From contig OZ024765.1 in the NCBI GenBank assembly GCA_964016885.1, positions 8,556,001 through 8,620,000 of the forward strand: a DNA stretch of 64,000 nt, given 5' to 3'. The notes below the pieces were generated by a model that was given only the letters and a program-made list of their open reading frames with translations, ran no database searches and was not told the origin of the DNA. This DNA comes from Eledone cirrhosa. Lineage: Eukaryota. This document shows, piece after piece, positions 61,381-64,000 of the stretch. The first letter of the stretch is position 1; every line of letters starts with the position of its first letter. The translations under genes were made by a program, and so were the position numbers.

Positions 61381-61540
61381 GAGTGTATATATATGTGTGT
61401 GTGTGTACATATATGAGTGAGTGTATATATATATATATATATGAGTGTATATATATATATGAGTGTATATATATATATGAGTGTATATATATATATGTGT
61501 GTGTATATATATATGTGTGTGTGTGTACATATATGAGTGA

Positions 61541-61585
<45 letters not shown>

Positions 61586-61719
61586 TGGTAACTTCATTTT
61601 TGTATATTATATGTGTAGATATATATGTGTATATATATATATATATATCATATATATATATATATATATATGAGTGTATATATATGTGTGTGTGTACATA
61701 TATGAGTGAGTGTATATAT

Positions 61720-61768
<49 letters not shown>

Positions 61769-61842
61769 GTGGTAACTTCATTTTTGTATATTATATGTGT
61801 AGATATATATATATATATATTATTTATATATATATCATATGA

Positions 61843-61904
<62 letters not shown>

Positions 61905-62023
61905 ACATAATGAGTGAGTGTATATATATTTAAATAATTTACATTATGGTCTTATATCCATGTAAGTGGTAGCTTGGTTTTTTAATAATATATATATATA
62001 TCATATGTGTGTATATATATATA

Positions 62024-62055
<32 letters not shown>

Positions 62056-62837
62056 ATATAAGATCAAAAGCTGGTTAAAGGAGTTCCATGTATTTTATAT
62101 ATAATCTACATTATCCATGTATGTGGCAGCTTGATTTTTTTAAATAATATATGTGTAGATATATATCATATGTATATTTTTATATCATATGAGTGTATAT
62201 ATATAAATATGTATACATAATGAGTGAGTGTATATATATATATATATATATAAATAATTTACATTATGGTCTCATATCTATTTAAGTTGTAGCTTGATTT
62301 TTTTTAATAAATTATATATCATGTGAGTGTGTGTGTATATATATGTGTGTGTATATATATGTGTGTGTGTATATATGTGTGTGTGTGTATATATATATGT
62401 GTGTATATATTGTGTGTATATTGTATATGTGTGTGTGGCTGAGTGGTTAGAGAATTGGAGTCACAATCGTGAGGTTGTGAGTTCAATTCCCAGACCGGGC
62501 GATGCGTTATGTCCTTGAGCAAGACACTTTATTTCACGTTGCTCCTTCTACCTGGATTTGCTACCAATAGATAGTATTAGCAACTGGAAAGACCAATGGA
62601 AACATTGCTTCCTCGGTCCGATTTGACGAAAGTTGGTTGATCCTTTTTTTTTATATATATATACAAGTGTGTGTGTATATATATATATATATGTGTGTGT
62701 GTGTATGTATATATGTGTATGTGTGTGTATATATGTGTGTGTATATAAATATGTGTGCGTGTATGTGTGTGTGTGTGTATGTGTATGTGTGTGTCTATAT
62801 GTGTGTGTGTATATATCTATATACATATATATGCGTA

Positions 62838-62897
<60 letters not shown>

Positions 62898-63031
62898 TAT
62901 GTGTATGTGTGTGTATATATATATATGTGTGTGTGTGTGTATATATATATATATGTGTATGTGTGTGTATATATGCGTGTGTATATAAATGTGTGCGTGT
63001 GTGTGTATGTGTGTGTGTGTGTGTGTCTATA

Positions 63032-63065
<34 letters not shown>

Positions 63066-64000
63066 CATATATATGCGTATGTGTGTGTATATATAGGACA
63101 TTTAAATAAATCTAAGGTAAAAGACGATTTGTCAACAATATCTTTTGCATTCGCATTCTTTATTCTATGTCCATACCTGCATTGTTTTGGCTTTATTATA
63201 CATATTCAAACGTTTATATATATATATATACATATATACATATATATGTGTATGTGTGTGTATATATATATATTCTTTGCTTAAACTTTAATCTGTTATT
63301 TTAATAAATATTTGCTCTAGGGTTCTTATATATTTGATATATATTTATTCTTATCGAGCCCTCTTTGGATTTTAGTCTTCACATTTATTATTATTATTAT
63401 TACTATTGAGTTCAAATCCCACCGAGGTTAACTTTGCCATTCATCCTTACGGGGTCGATAAAATAAAGTACCAGTAATGCACTGGAGTAATTGCTGGCCT
63501 TGTGCCAAAAGTAGAAACAATTATTATATATATCGTATGAGTGTATATATATATATATATATATATGTGTGTTTGTGTGTATATATGAGTGAGTGTATAT
63601 ATAAATAAATAATCATCATTATGGGCTTATATACATGTAAGCTGTAGCTTGATTTTTTGTGTAGATATGTGTAGATATATATATCATAGGAGTGTATATA
63701 TATATATATATGTGTTTGTGTGTATATATGAGTGAGTGTATATATAAATAAATAATCATCATTATGGGCTTATATACATGTAAGTTGTAGCTTGATTTTT
63801 TGTGTAGATATGTGTAGATATATATATCATAGGAGTGTATATATATATATATATATATGTGTTTGTGTGTATATATGAGTGAGTGTATATATAAATAAAT
63901 AATCATCATTATGGGCTTATATCCATGTAAGTTGTAGCTTGATTTTTTGTGTAGATATGCGTAGATATATATATCATAAGAGTGTATATATATATATATA
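61272..64000 (+). repeat. Degenerate intronic repeats derived from the exon/intron junction
   Basis: taagtggtaacttcattttt at 61292, 61582 and 61766; attatgg..tatatccatgtaag variants at 61943, 62263, 63618, 63761 and 63908. Confidence 0.8.

Overview
Eukaryotic, repeat-saturated animal DNA. The SINE, RTE and microsatellite content looks like an octopod cephalopod, which is an inference from repeat style only. Most ORFs in the track are translations of (TA)n, (CA)n, (ACC)n and minisatellite tracts and are not genes. The real coding content is: (1) an intact two-ORF Tx1-clade LINE (36089-41737) inserted in a 72-bp minisatellite that itself lies in a TTAA-ended MITE; (2) a nearly intact RTE-clade LINE on the minus strand (about 48715-51897, two 1-nt frameshifts); (3) a coding exon of a TGF-beta family ligand of the myostatin/GDF11/activin type (59880-61290) with a very long polyQ/H/N insertion; (4) decayed mariner-like, Helitron and RTE fragments. 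The least obvious signal is a set of at least nine sequence-diverse type I hammerhead-ribozyme folds, read by eye, in short unique islands, mostly in or beside (TA)n tracts and some with inverted partial copies, consistent with Penelope-like or retrozyme-type insertions. Other notable points are repeated Tx1 insertion at a (TAGA)n target with the same 13-bp duplication, satellites arising inside several TE types, and tandem amplification of the TGF-beta exon/intron junction. No computation or database search was run.
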